Both the position numbers and the translations under genes were made by a program. Positions 29,124-40,296 of a stretch of 64,000 nt of DNA are shown piece by piece. This stretch comes from Octopus sinensis. Lineage: Eukaryota. The stretch spans positions 37,324,001 through 37,388,000 of the forward strand of contig NC_043005.1 in assembly GCF_006345805.1 (NCBI RefSeq), in the 5' to 3' direction. Under the pieces are notes generated by a model. It saw only the letters and a program-made list of their open reading frames with translations, did not search any database and was not told where the DNA came from. Each line of letters opens with the position of its first letter. The stretch's first letter is position 1.

Positions 29124-29677
29124 GAGTGAGAGAGTTGTGCATGCCATCAAAGTGACACTGGGGTAAAATATATGAAGCCCAGTATACCTATCATGACTAC
29201 CCATATGATAAGGGTACACTTGGCACATGCATCACAACCATATGTGAGCGACATGGTGAACTCATATCAAAATAACAGCATATGACCTTGTAAGTGGGGC
29301 CCAGTTAGAATTTTCTTCTGGACGAGTAGCCCGTCCTGCTCAAAAGGTCCCTGAATAAGAGTTGTTTAAGCATGTTGAACGAAACACCCATGTTTCCAGA
29401 GGTGAATTATTCAAACCCCAAAGAATCCCTCTCAACACATGGCTATGATGCTCCCCCACTACTTCTGTTCGTGATCAGAGATGCACATATCGTTAGCCAC
29501 TAAGGGACATAGTCAACTGGTTAAGGTCAAACAACTGACGAGCAAATCTGTGGTATTGAGCAGATTATTTGCTGTAGCCCATCTTTTATACGAAGACAAA
29601 ACAATGTACATGATAACCCTTCCAATCAATTAAGATCAGAAGCCACGAGAGCCACTGCCTGGTACTGCATCAGGGCA
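29124..29677 (-). mobile_element. ~550-bp non-autonomous retroelement-like repeat inserted in a (TAA)n microsatellite
   Basis: More GC-balanced block flanked on both sides by (ATT)n (29110-29123 and 29677-29705); no long ORF; orientation inferred. Confidence 0.55.
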
Positions 29678-30644
29678 TATTATTATTATTATTATTATTA
29701 TTATTACGCAAGGTTAGTGGATTACCAGAATTGTTGGTTCATGAAACCAAATGCTTAGTGGTATTTCTTCTGGCTCTTTATCTTCTAAGATCATATCTGA
29801 GCTACATCACCTTTGTTTTTCCTCTTATTGAAGTACCAGCCAAATTCAGTTCAATATCATTGTGCCAAAACTTGTGACCTTTTGACAAAACTTGTTACAA
29901 ATATTATACATAATATAATATACATAAGCACAGGCATGGCTGTGTGGTTAAGAAACCCACTTTGCAGCCATTAACCATTTGGATTTGGTTCTGCTGTGCA
30001 GTACCTTGAGTAAGTGTTGTTGTATACTACAACTTCTGACTGACCAAAATCCCTTATATAAGGGAACTTGGTAGATCGAAACTGCAAAAGATTTATCGTA
30101 TGTTTGTGTGAAACTGAATGAAAATGTACAGAATGTTTGTTTATATATTCCATGTTTATTGTTACATGTGCAAAGTGACATTAATGTTCAGATTCTTTGT
30201 TCACCTTAAGATTAATCACACTGTACTTTTGAAGTCATATGGAATAAAGAAAACCCATCTTAAAAAACACGTAAGGATTGGCTTTTAGAAAAGTGTTCAA
30301 CTGTAAATATCCAGCTTCAAATAACTCTCCCTCAAACCTCATGCAAGCATAGAAAAGCTGATGTTAAATGAATAAACATATTTATCACTATTTAACAGTA
30401 AAGCTTCTTTTCTATTAAGATATGTTAATTACAGCAGCAAACAGAGAACTGATAATAGACCTGAACATAAATGGGAACATTGAAATACCAATGGAAACTC
30501 CCTAAAATTCTTGCACATCGAATTTGGGAAACATTACACAAACGTTCTATATAACTGCCTCTACTGTTGATTCCATGAGTTAACAAAACTTAAATATACA
30601 GTCAAACTCATACATACTCATGCATAAACAATCTATCCATCCAT

Positions 30645-31036
30645 CTTCTCCAGTTAGTATTTCTGAGAAGGTTGAAGTGGTAGAGTCCTCAGGCACCTCC
30701 TCCATAGAGTCCCAACCATCGTTAGATTCTCTGGCTAGATTCCCAAGCATGATCAACTGAGACTATAGATATTATCCAACTATCTTGTTTTGGGTCTACC
30801 TCTAGGTCTCCTGCCAATTGAAGAAAGCATCTTGGAATTTTTTCCTGCAGCATTTTTATCACATGTTTGGAGCTATGACACCTCAGTGTGGAGAGCTAAT
30901 GGAGGGATTCCCTGATCTCTGAGCTATGCACCCTGTTGAGTAACATTGTTCCAGAGATCCTTCAGAGGACCCCCATTTTGATTGCTTGTATTTATGATAG
31001 TACTCTTTCAGTCATTTCCCAACTTTTGTGACCATA
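30645..31036 (-). pseudogene. Decayed 3' part of an RTE-clade LINE
   Basis: Minus strand reads YGHKSWEMTERVLS*IQAIKMGVL*RISGTMLLNRVHSSEIRESL, typical of the post-RT region of RTE elements. Confidence 0.7.
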
Positions 31037-31624
31037 TATTGTACACTACATACTTAAAACACATATGTACAATGTATTGTTTAATTACCAAGTGTATAAT
31101 ATCGACTCTGGTTTAGGTGTACATATAGCTTTTGCCAAAATTGCAGTTTAATGACTTCATTACAAAAGAGCTGATGGAAGATTATACAGGTGATGTATAA
31201 AAATTATAGAAAATTATATAAAAAATTCTACTACAGACATACAATAACCAAAAGAAAAAATATATAAATAACAATTAAACTAATGGGACAAACAACAAGA
31301 GAAAGTAAATATGAATAAATAAACAATTAGTCACAAACAACAAAAATTATTACAAAAACACATGATTAAAACATCAATAAAATGTAACAAATTGAAATAA
31401 CAACAATAACAAAATCATGAGATAAGAGGAAGACAAACATTGAAGTAATAATATAAATAATAATAAATATTTATAATAAATCAAAATATAAACAAAAATA
31501 AAATAAAGTGAAATTCTTCTATAATTTACCAACAAAAGAACTATAAAAATAACATGAAATAAAGATTAAAATTTAGTTTATTCTGTGAAAAATAATAAAA
31601 AGAGCAACAAGGAGTAATAACACA

Positions 31625-32130
31625 AAAGGAGACCTGATAATGTTGCAAGAATGATTCATTGGGAGGCGTGTAGCAAGTATGGAATGGATAGAGCAAAGAT
31701 TTGGTATGAAATAGTAATTGAGACCATCAAGTTAATGTAGGATGTTATGATGCAATGTGATCATGAGATTGAAAATCGAAAGCTGGATATAGTGGTTGTG
31801 TGAACAAAGATGGAAAAAGCCTGTTTAATCATAGATATCGGTTTCAAATTTTGGCACAACGCCAGCAATTTCAAGGAGTGGTGTAAGCAGATTTCATTGA
31901 CCTCAATGCTCAACTGGGGCTTATTATATCAACCCAGAAAAGATGAAAGGCAAAGTTGACTTCAGAGCAGTTTGAACTTGAAATGCTGCCAAGCATTTTG
32001 TCTGGTATGCTATCAACCTTTGTTTAATCATAGATATTGCATGCCCTAGTGATGACAGAGTATTAGAAAGAGAAGGGAAGTGTGTTTTATGTAATGATTT
32101 GAAGTGGGATGTAAAAAGGACAAGTAATGC
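31625..32130 (+). pseudogene. Decayed C-terminal restriction-like endonuclease (RLE) region of an R4/Dong-type non-LTR retrotransposon, split by a SINE
   Basis: Reads RRPDNVARMIHWEACSKYG...WYE...*DVMMQCDHEIENRKLDIVVV*...CLIIDI [SINE] CLIIDIACPSDDRVLEREGK...LKWDVKR. This matches the RHNxV...HW...WD...PDIV...IDI..PxD pattern of RLE LINEs, with in-frame stops. Confidence 0.75.
31839..32020 (-). mobile_element. SINE (family A) inserted in the RLE relic, with 17-bp TSD
   Basis: tgtttaatcatagatat at 31822-31838 and 32021-32037 flanks a minus-strand copy of the tRNA-headed family A SINE. Confidence 0.85.
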
Positions 32131-32231
32131 AAAGAATGACCCTTCATCAGCAGTTAGCCATCCATCCACTCCCCACTTCGAGCGAAAATAGTCATTATGA
32201 TGATGATAAGATATATTAACATATATATATA

Positions 32232-32645
32232 GGCGCAGGAGTGGCTGTGTGGTAAGTAGCTTGCTAACCAACCACATGGCTCCGGGTTCAGTCCCACTGC
32301 GTGGCATCTTGGGCAAGTGTCTTCTACTATAGCCCCGGGCCGACCAATGCCTTGTGAGTGGATTTGGTAGACGGAAACTGAAAGAAGCCCGTCGTATATA
32401 TGTATATATATATATGTATGTGTGTGTGTGTTTGTGTGTCTGTGTTTGTCCCCCTAGCATTGCTTGACAACCGATGCTGGTATATTTATGTCCCCGTTAC
32501 TTAGCGGTTCGGCAAAAGAGACCGATAGAATAAGTACTCGGCTTACAAAGAAGTCCCGGGGTCGAGTTGCTCGATTAAAGGTGGTGCTCCAGCATGGCCG
32601 CAGTCAAACGACTGAAACAAGTAAAAGAGTAAAGAGTAAAGAGAG
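32232..32645 (+). mobile_element. Young full-length SINE (family B)
   Basis: ggcgcaggagtggctgtgtggtaag...ccgggttcagtccc...gactgaaacaagtaaaagagtaaagag; A/B-box-like head. Confidence 0.85.
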
Positions 32646-32744
32646 TATATATATGTGTGTGTGTGTGTGTTTGTGTTTGTCCGCCATCACTGCTTGACAG
32701 CAGTGTTGGTTTGTTTACATTCTTGTAATATGTAGTTCAGCAAA

Positions 32745-32957
32745 AGCAGTGAGCTGGCAGAAACATTAGCAGATGGGACAAAATGCTAAGCGGTATTTTG
32801 TCTGTCTTTACATTCTGAGTTCAAATTCTGCCAAGGTCGATTTTGCCTTTCACCCTTTCAGGGGGTGATAAATTAAGTACCAGTTGTGTACTGGGGTCAA
32901 TCTAATCGACTGGCCTCCTCCCCAGAAATTTCAAGCCCTGTGCTTAGAGTAGAAAAG
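32745..32957 (+). mobile_element. Young family A SINE with 18-bp TSD, nested in an old family B tail
   Basis: aatatgtagttcagcaaa at 32727-32744 and 32958-32975. Confidence 0.85.
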
Positions 32958-33279
32958 AATATGTAGTTCAGCAAAGAAGTACCAGGCTGAAAAAACAGAA
33001 AGTAGTGGGGTTGATTCATTTGATTAAAATTCTTTGAGGTGGTGCCGCAACATGGCTATAGTCTGCTGATTGGGATAAATAAACGATTTTGGATAAGAGA
33101 TATAACATACTTTTGTTCACTTGATATACCTAAACATCAACAACAACGATCTATCTATCTATCTATCTAATGAGAGGTAGAAAGATAAATCTATTGTGTG
33201 TGTGTGTAGAGCACTTCATGATATAAACAGATTAACATCTTGGGCATTCGTCTCTTGTTTATATTTTAATATCAATCTC

Positions 33280-33312
<33 letters not shown>

Positions 33313-33313
<1 letters not shown>

Positions 33314-33463
33314 GAATAGTTCTAAATTTTATATATATACATATATATGTATGTATGTATGTATGCATATCTATATATAAAGAACAGTTCTAAATAATAT
33401 ACATACATATATATGCGTGTGTGTGTGTGTGTGTGTGCATGTGTATAAAGAACAGTTCTAAAT
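33313..33463. repeat. Three 15-bp direct repeats agaa(c/t)agttctaaat at an exact 68-bp period
   Basis: Starts at 33313, 33381 and 33449; spacers are different microsatellites. Confidence 0.85.
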
Positions 33464-34107
33464 TTCAAAATATTTATTTTCTTAATGGAATTATAGGTTG
33501 CCATTTTAAGGTGTGTTTGGGGAAAACATTATAGCTATTGTTTAATTTATTGTCACGTAAAAAGTATTCTTTATATGGATTTTATCATGCTGGTTATAGA
33601 TATATGAACTGATAACTGGAATTTCCTTTACACAGATTTTTGTAGTCTTTTGTCTTTGATTTATGTAACTGTATTTATATATCTTGTTGCAAAGAAATAC
33701 ATTGAATACAAAAATTTATCAAAATGTTCATTAGAATTTGTTGCAACAAGAAAAGTCAGAGATTTTACTGAATTAAGTCATGTTTTTTTCTACATGGAAG
33801 GAGTTATGCGCAATACACCAATATTCTATTCATTAGGCTTTTTCTTTCTGATTCATGTAACAGAAATCAGTCATATGCACTGTGAAATATCTATCTATAT
33901 ATCTATCTATCTATATATATATATATCTTTGAAGGGTGACAGTGACTTCAAAGCTTTGGCCTGCTACTCTGAAAAAATAGGTAATGATTCAGTTTAATGT
34001 TAAATTGTTCTTATTGTAACTTGACGTAAAAGCAAGCATACATACATAGATTCATATATATATACATAGGCTCATATATATATATATTATATATATATAT
34101 GTATATG

Positions 34108-34138
<31 letters not shown>

Positions 34139-34146
34139 ATATATAT

Positions 34147-34182
<36 letters not shown>

Positions 34183-34346
34183 GGGATGCAAGCATGGCAG
34201 TGTTGTAAAAAGCATGGTTCTCGACCACATGGTTCCAGGTTCCGTCCCACTGCATAGCATCTTGGAAAAGTGTCTTCTGCTATAGTCTCGGGCCAACCAA
34301 AGTCTTGTGAGTGTATTTGGTAAACAGAAACCGCAAGAAGCATGTC

Positions 34347-34386
<40 letters not shown>

Positions 34387-34565
34387 AAGTGTGTGTCTTT
34401 TTGTCTGTATTTGTCCCACCATCACCACTTGACCACCAGTGTTGATATGTTTACATCCGTGTACTAAGCTTAAGAAATAGGTCCTGGGGTCAATTTGTTT
34501 GACTAAAACATTTAAAGGCAGTGCTCCAGCATGGCCATAGTCAAATGACTGAAACAAAATAAGAA
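34183..34565 (+). mobile_element. Older family B SINE
   Basis: Diverged but colinear with 32232-32645. Confidence 0.75.
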
Positions 34566-34780
34566 TTATATACAGTAAAGGAGAAGGTGAACGTATGAAA
34601 TGAAATAAAAAGTTAGTGTGAGAGGAGGAGTCAGAACAGAACAGGTTTCTTGCTATTAAGGAACTCTATGGGTAAGAGTGATCTACCCATAAAAGTGAGG
34701 CAAAGAGTGACTAGGGTAGAGCTGGAAAAAGACAAAATAGATTATAAGATGTCAGGATGGAGCCCATATTGCCCAGACAA

Positions 34781-35190
34781 ATGAAAATCATGCTGTTCAT
34801 AAAAACTGTCAGATCAGTGCAACATGGTAGTGAAACATGGACACTGACAAAAAATTATCAAACAGGCTAAATGGATTCTACACAAGGGTAGTACAAATGT
34901 CCCAAAATGTGAAATGGCAACAACATATGACAAACGAATACCTTTATGGAGACCTGCTGAAAGTTAGCGAGAAGATCAGGCAAAGACAGCTGCAACTATC
35001 TGGTCATTAAGTGCACCACCCCGAACTGGAAGCATCTGAAGTAGTCTTGTGGAACCCACTTCATGGTGATGTAAGCAGAGGAAAATATCATCACACTTAC
35101 AGCGACAACTTGATCGCAGACACTGTCCTGGAATATATGTAAGACTTAAGGTAGTAATGTTGGACCAACAAATGTGATGGGTGGACTTTG
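34781..35190 (+). pseudogene. Decayed 3' part of an RTE-clade LINE ORF
   Basis: Reads GSETWTLTK / RLNGFYTR...NVKWQQHMTNEYLYGDLLKVSEKIRQRQLQLSGH..HPELEASEVVLWNP across frameshifts. Confidence 0.75.
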
Positions 35191-36659
35191 TTGCTGTGGC
35201 CAACGTTAGAATGCAGCTTTGAAAGAAATTTTTTAAATAAGGGTGGAGCCTTAAGGTAGAAGATGAGAAGATGGACTGGGGGCACAAAAACATAAAGTTT
35301 GGGTGGGTAGAAGTTATATGAGTGTATGGCAGAGTGAGATGTTGTTAGAGATAAAGAAGGGGTGAGAGGTTGAATAGCAATATTCAGTACAACCATTCCA
35401 TGTTCAACTGGGGTTTTATTTATGATACCCACTACATGTTCAAAGGCAGCTTTCAATGAGTGCTTGGTGCCATGAGATTGCTCTTGACATTAATATGTAG
35501 CAGTCTAAAAGGTACAGATAAAGAGACCTAGGAAGGGACACAAGATAGTCACATGAAAGGATTTTGGTGAGCTATTGCTAAGTAATGAGGGCTCTCTCCA
35601 TCTCCTACTGAGGTAGCCATGCATCTCCTTTAGTACAGGACATCTATTTCTTTCACTCTATTCATGCTTTAACCTTTATTCAGCTGGCACAAAGCTACCT
35701 CTTAAAATACTACTCCCCATCCTCTCAGCTGAAGGATCTTGTCTTGGAGGCTGCTTGGTCACCTCACTAGTGCTGGTGCCATGAAATGAAACATTCCTTA
35801 CCTTTTGTAAAGTGGTTGGTATTAATAAGTGCATTGAGGTATAGAAACCATACTAAAGCAGACACTGGAGCTGTGTGTAACCCTCCAGCTCATCAGATCC
35901 TGTGAAACTGTTCAACTCATGCTAGTTTGGAAAAAAAAGGCATTAAATGACGATGTTGTTTACTCTTCATTATTTTCTACACAAATGCAAATGCTGGCAC
36001 CCAACAAACTAATCACCATAATTACTACATTATGCCAAAATTAACCTTCCAAACCTATTCATGCACACACAAACTATAATATGTAGTGTTTAATAAATCC
36101 ATCTTCACTGTGTATTCAGAACTTGTACTGATGCACTCAATATTCATCTCTTGATAATATAAGTCCACTGGATCTATGGAATACATGCACGTCACAACAC
36201 ATGGCATAAAGCTACCTCCCTTTCTGTAACAACTCCATTCAGTTGAAAGAGAATTTGCATTGTCATATGAGTTAGTTGGCAATCTCACTAGTGCCAGTGA
36301 CATATAAAGCACCTAGTACACTCAGTGAACTGGCTGATGTTAAGAAGGGCAGCCAGCTAGAGCGACCCTTGTGTAGAAGGCAGTAGAGCTCAACACAGTT
36401 CTGTGACTCAATGGATCATGTCAAAATATCTAACCCATGACAGCACAAATGACAGGCATTGAATGATAATGATACACACACACATACACACACACATGTA
36501 TAGAGGTTCATACACACATATGCACATGTATGTGTTTGTGTGTCTATGTATGTTTATATATATGTATGTGTATATATGAATTATGTACGTTATCATCATC
36601 CTCATTGTTTAATGTCAGTCTTCCATGCTAGCATGGGTATATATATATATATACACACA

Positions 36660-36701
<42 letters not shown>

Positions 36702-37134
36702 CTACTCGTGTATATGCATACATGTATACGTGAGTATATATCTAGATATATGTTTGTGTGCATATATATATATATAAGTTATGTATACTCTACATACATA
36801 TATTATATAAATATATATATATATATATGTAATATATAATCACACACAAACACACATATAGACACACATGTATACACACATAGGCATTATTTATTTATAA
36901 TCTTTAAGAGAATATAGATTTCTAGGAGTGTGAGATGCCAAAGAAATTTTTCATTTCAAAGAAATTTTTCTTCCTAACAAAGTAAAATGAAACATTTTGG
37001 CAACAGTTTCACTGGTAAGCAGGTTCCATTATCAAAGAATTCTGACATTTACATTAGGTCTTTGAAAATTTAGTCATATTTTGTTATATAATATTCTTTA
37101 AAATATTTCTTTAGACACATCTCCCCCTACCCCA

Positions 37135-37324
37135 TATATATATAAATACTCAAACATACATATCTATATAAGTATGTATATATATATACTTGTATAGATA
37201 TGTATGTATATATATAATATATATATTTGTATGTCTATGTATATGTATATATATGTCTGTATATATAGAGATATATATATAGACGTATATATATATATAT
37301 ATTATATATATATATATTATATAT

Positions 37325-37355
<31 letters not shown>

Positions 37356-37613
37356 TGTTGATATATATATATAGACATATATATATATATATATATATAC
37401 ATATATATATTGACTATATATAAAAATAGACATAAATCTCATATATATGGACATATATATGTTTATGTATATATATGTCTATATATATGTTTATGTATAT
37501 ATATGTTTATATGTATATATATATATATGTTTATATATATATGCATATATATGTCTATATATATATATAGATCTATATATATATATATATTATATATATA
37601 TATATGTCTATAT

Positions 37614-37680
<67 letters not shown>

Positions 37681-37695
37681 CTGTATATATACACA
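37135..37695. repeat. Long compound (TA)n microsatellite
   Basis: Direct observation. Similar tracts lie at 26585-26753, 39541-39840, 43255-43378 and 46885-47295. Confidence 0.95.
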
Positions 37696-38892
37696 CACAA
37701 TTTGATGATTACATACATATGTAGCCATCTCTGTATCATATTTAATAGATATACATATAGTGTTGGAAATTATGATGCTGTTGCTTATGCACACACAAAT
37801 ATATATAATATATATACTCATGTATATGTATGTTTTCATACGCACACAAATATATTTTCAAAAATTTTTTCATATTCTAATACTGTTATTGTTAGTGGCT
37901 AAATTGGATTTAATTTTTTACTTATCTTTCACATGGTTTTCTTTCTTCTCACGTTTACACAGGAACACACAAACTTAAACACACAGATACATACTCACAC
38001 ACACATACATGTTATTATGAAAGGAGTTTCAATTTCCAATGCCTATGCAAATTTATTGTTCAATTTCATTTAAATTTGGCTTAGCTTTTAATGATTACAA
38101 CAAGGTAGATTGGAACGCCTTCTCTTTCTAGAGTCAGAACACTGGTAAATTAAATTCTCTGTAACCAGGAGGTCTATAAACTATTTTGAAAAACAAAAAT
38201 AGGGAAATGCCAAATAAAATAAATTATTATATGGTTATTCTAATAAATATTGCACATTTTATTGTTCTAATGTTTTAAATCAATGAACTTGGTCATTGGA
38301 TTTTGTGGGGATTTTTGTGGGTCCATCCTCTGTGTGTGTGTATTGGTTTAGCTTTATGTATATATGTGTGTGTGTATCATGTTATTTACGTTTTGTTTAC
38401 AGCAAATTATTTAATTAATGAAACAATATAATACATTTCAGTAATGTTGTTTCCTTATTCAAACTGCTTTTTTTTTAATGTTTGTGTGTTTCAGAGATTT
38501 TTGGTTTATTTTGTGGTAATGCTTTTACTTAATTATTTGTTCCTATAATTTTATCTCATATTATATCATATCATGTAGGCGACATTCTGTTTCTGCATTA
38601 GTCTAACTCGGTCACTGATGCTCACATACATAGAGACACACATTCATATGTACTTGGCCAAGCCATGCCACCAATGGAAAAAAAAGCAGTGTGCCAACAT
38701 GGAAAAATGGATGTTAAATGAGGATGATGACACAGACATATATACACACATGTGCACATAAACAGGAACACCAGAATATATAAATCTCTGTGTGCATATT
38801 AATGTTCGTTCTCAAGTCAATTTATATATAAAAATATTCAGCCTTAAACTGTAACATTGCTCAGTACTTTAGATAGACTACATATTTATTAA

Positions 38893-39193
38893 GTGGAGGC
38901 ACATGGCCTAGTGGTTAGAGCAGTGGACTCGCGGTCGAGGGTTCATGGGTTTGAATCTCAGACCAGGTGATGTGTGTGTTTATGAGTGAAACACCTAAGC
39001 TCCATGCAGCTCCAGCAGAAGGTAATGGTGAACTTCTGTTGACTCTTCTGCTACAAATTTCTCTCACTCTTTCCTCCTGCATCTTGCAGCTCACCTGTGA
39101 CAGACCAGCATCCTGTCCAAGTGGGGAACCTATACATCAAGGAAACCGGCCCTATGAGCTAAGCATGGCTTGAGAAGGAACAAACAACCACAA
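38893..39193 (+). mobile_element. tRNA-derived SINE with 11/12-bp TSD
   Basis: Head gtggaggcacatggcctagtggttagagcagtggactc...gggtttgaatctc; (CAA)-type tail; catatttattaa (38881) versus catatatattaa (39194). Confidence 0.8.
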
Positions 39194-39592
39194 CATATAT
39201 ATTAAACTCTTACAAGGAAAAATTGGATTCTAGCTTTGGAGTTTTGACTTACTTGCAGTTATCATACTGCACATATTACCATCGTAAACGTCTGTTTTCC
39301 ATGCTGGCATGGGTTGGACAGTTTGATAGAAGCTGGCAATTCAGAAGCTGGCAAATGTCGTCTACATGATATGATTTAATATGAGATAAAATTATAGGAA
39401 CAAATAATTAGGTAAAAGCATTACCAGAAAATAAACCAAAAATCTCTGAAACACATAAATGTACAGTATTATGAATACTAGTGCGAAATCAATTGGTAAG
39501 ATTATCTCTGATGGATATATAATATGGTACATTTTGGATAATATATATATATATATACATATATACATACATACACATATATACACATACAA

Positions 39593-39667
<75 letters not shown>

Positions 39668-40237
39668 TATATATACATACATATACATATATATACATAT
39701 ATATATACATATATATATACATATATATATACACATATATATATATACATATATATATACATATATACATACATATATGCATATATATATATATACATAT
39801 ATACATACATACACATATATACACATACAAACATATATATGTCTCATTTGGTCTAAAGTCGTAAGACAACCACCATTATATTTTGTTTAACCATTACCGT
39901 TTTCAATTTCGTTTTCGTCTCTCGTATTTACATCCGTCTCGTGCATTTACATTCTTGTCTTCTACCAAGAAATCTAATGCTTACAGCTTAGTTTTTTTTC
40001 TTGGGGCTGGCCGAGTTGGAGCAAATATCAGAATTGAACAGCCGAAATTTGCTATGATGATTCGGTGTCTGACTGAAGATTGAATGATTTGTCTGTGTTC
40101 CGTGTTTGTCCCTTCCTGTATTTCACGTTCTTTATATATAAAAAATTTATCCCTATATATATATACACATATACACATACAAATATATATATATATAAAC
40201 ATACATATATGCATACATGCATACACACACACACACG

Positions 40238-40296
<59 letters not shown>

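Noticed and set aside
29543-29580. CTGACGA followed by a good hairpin (possible hammerhead)
   Set aside because: The hairpin is followed by TGTA rather than GAAA, and no stem I or III can be drawn.
33313-33463. CRISPR-like direct repeat/spacer layout
   Set aside because: Eukaryotic context, only three 15-bp repeats, low-complexity spacers and no cas genes; kept only as a minisatellite oddity.
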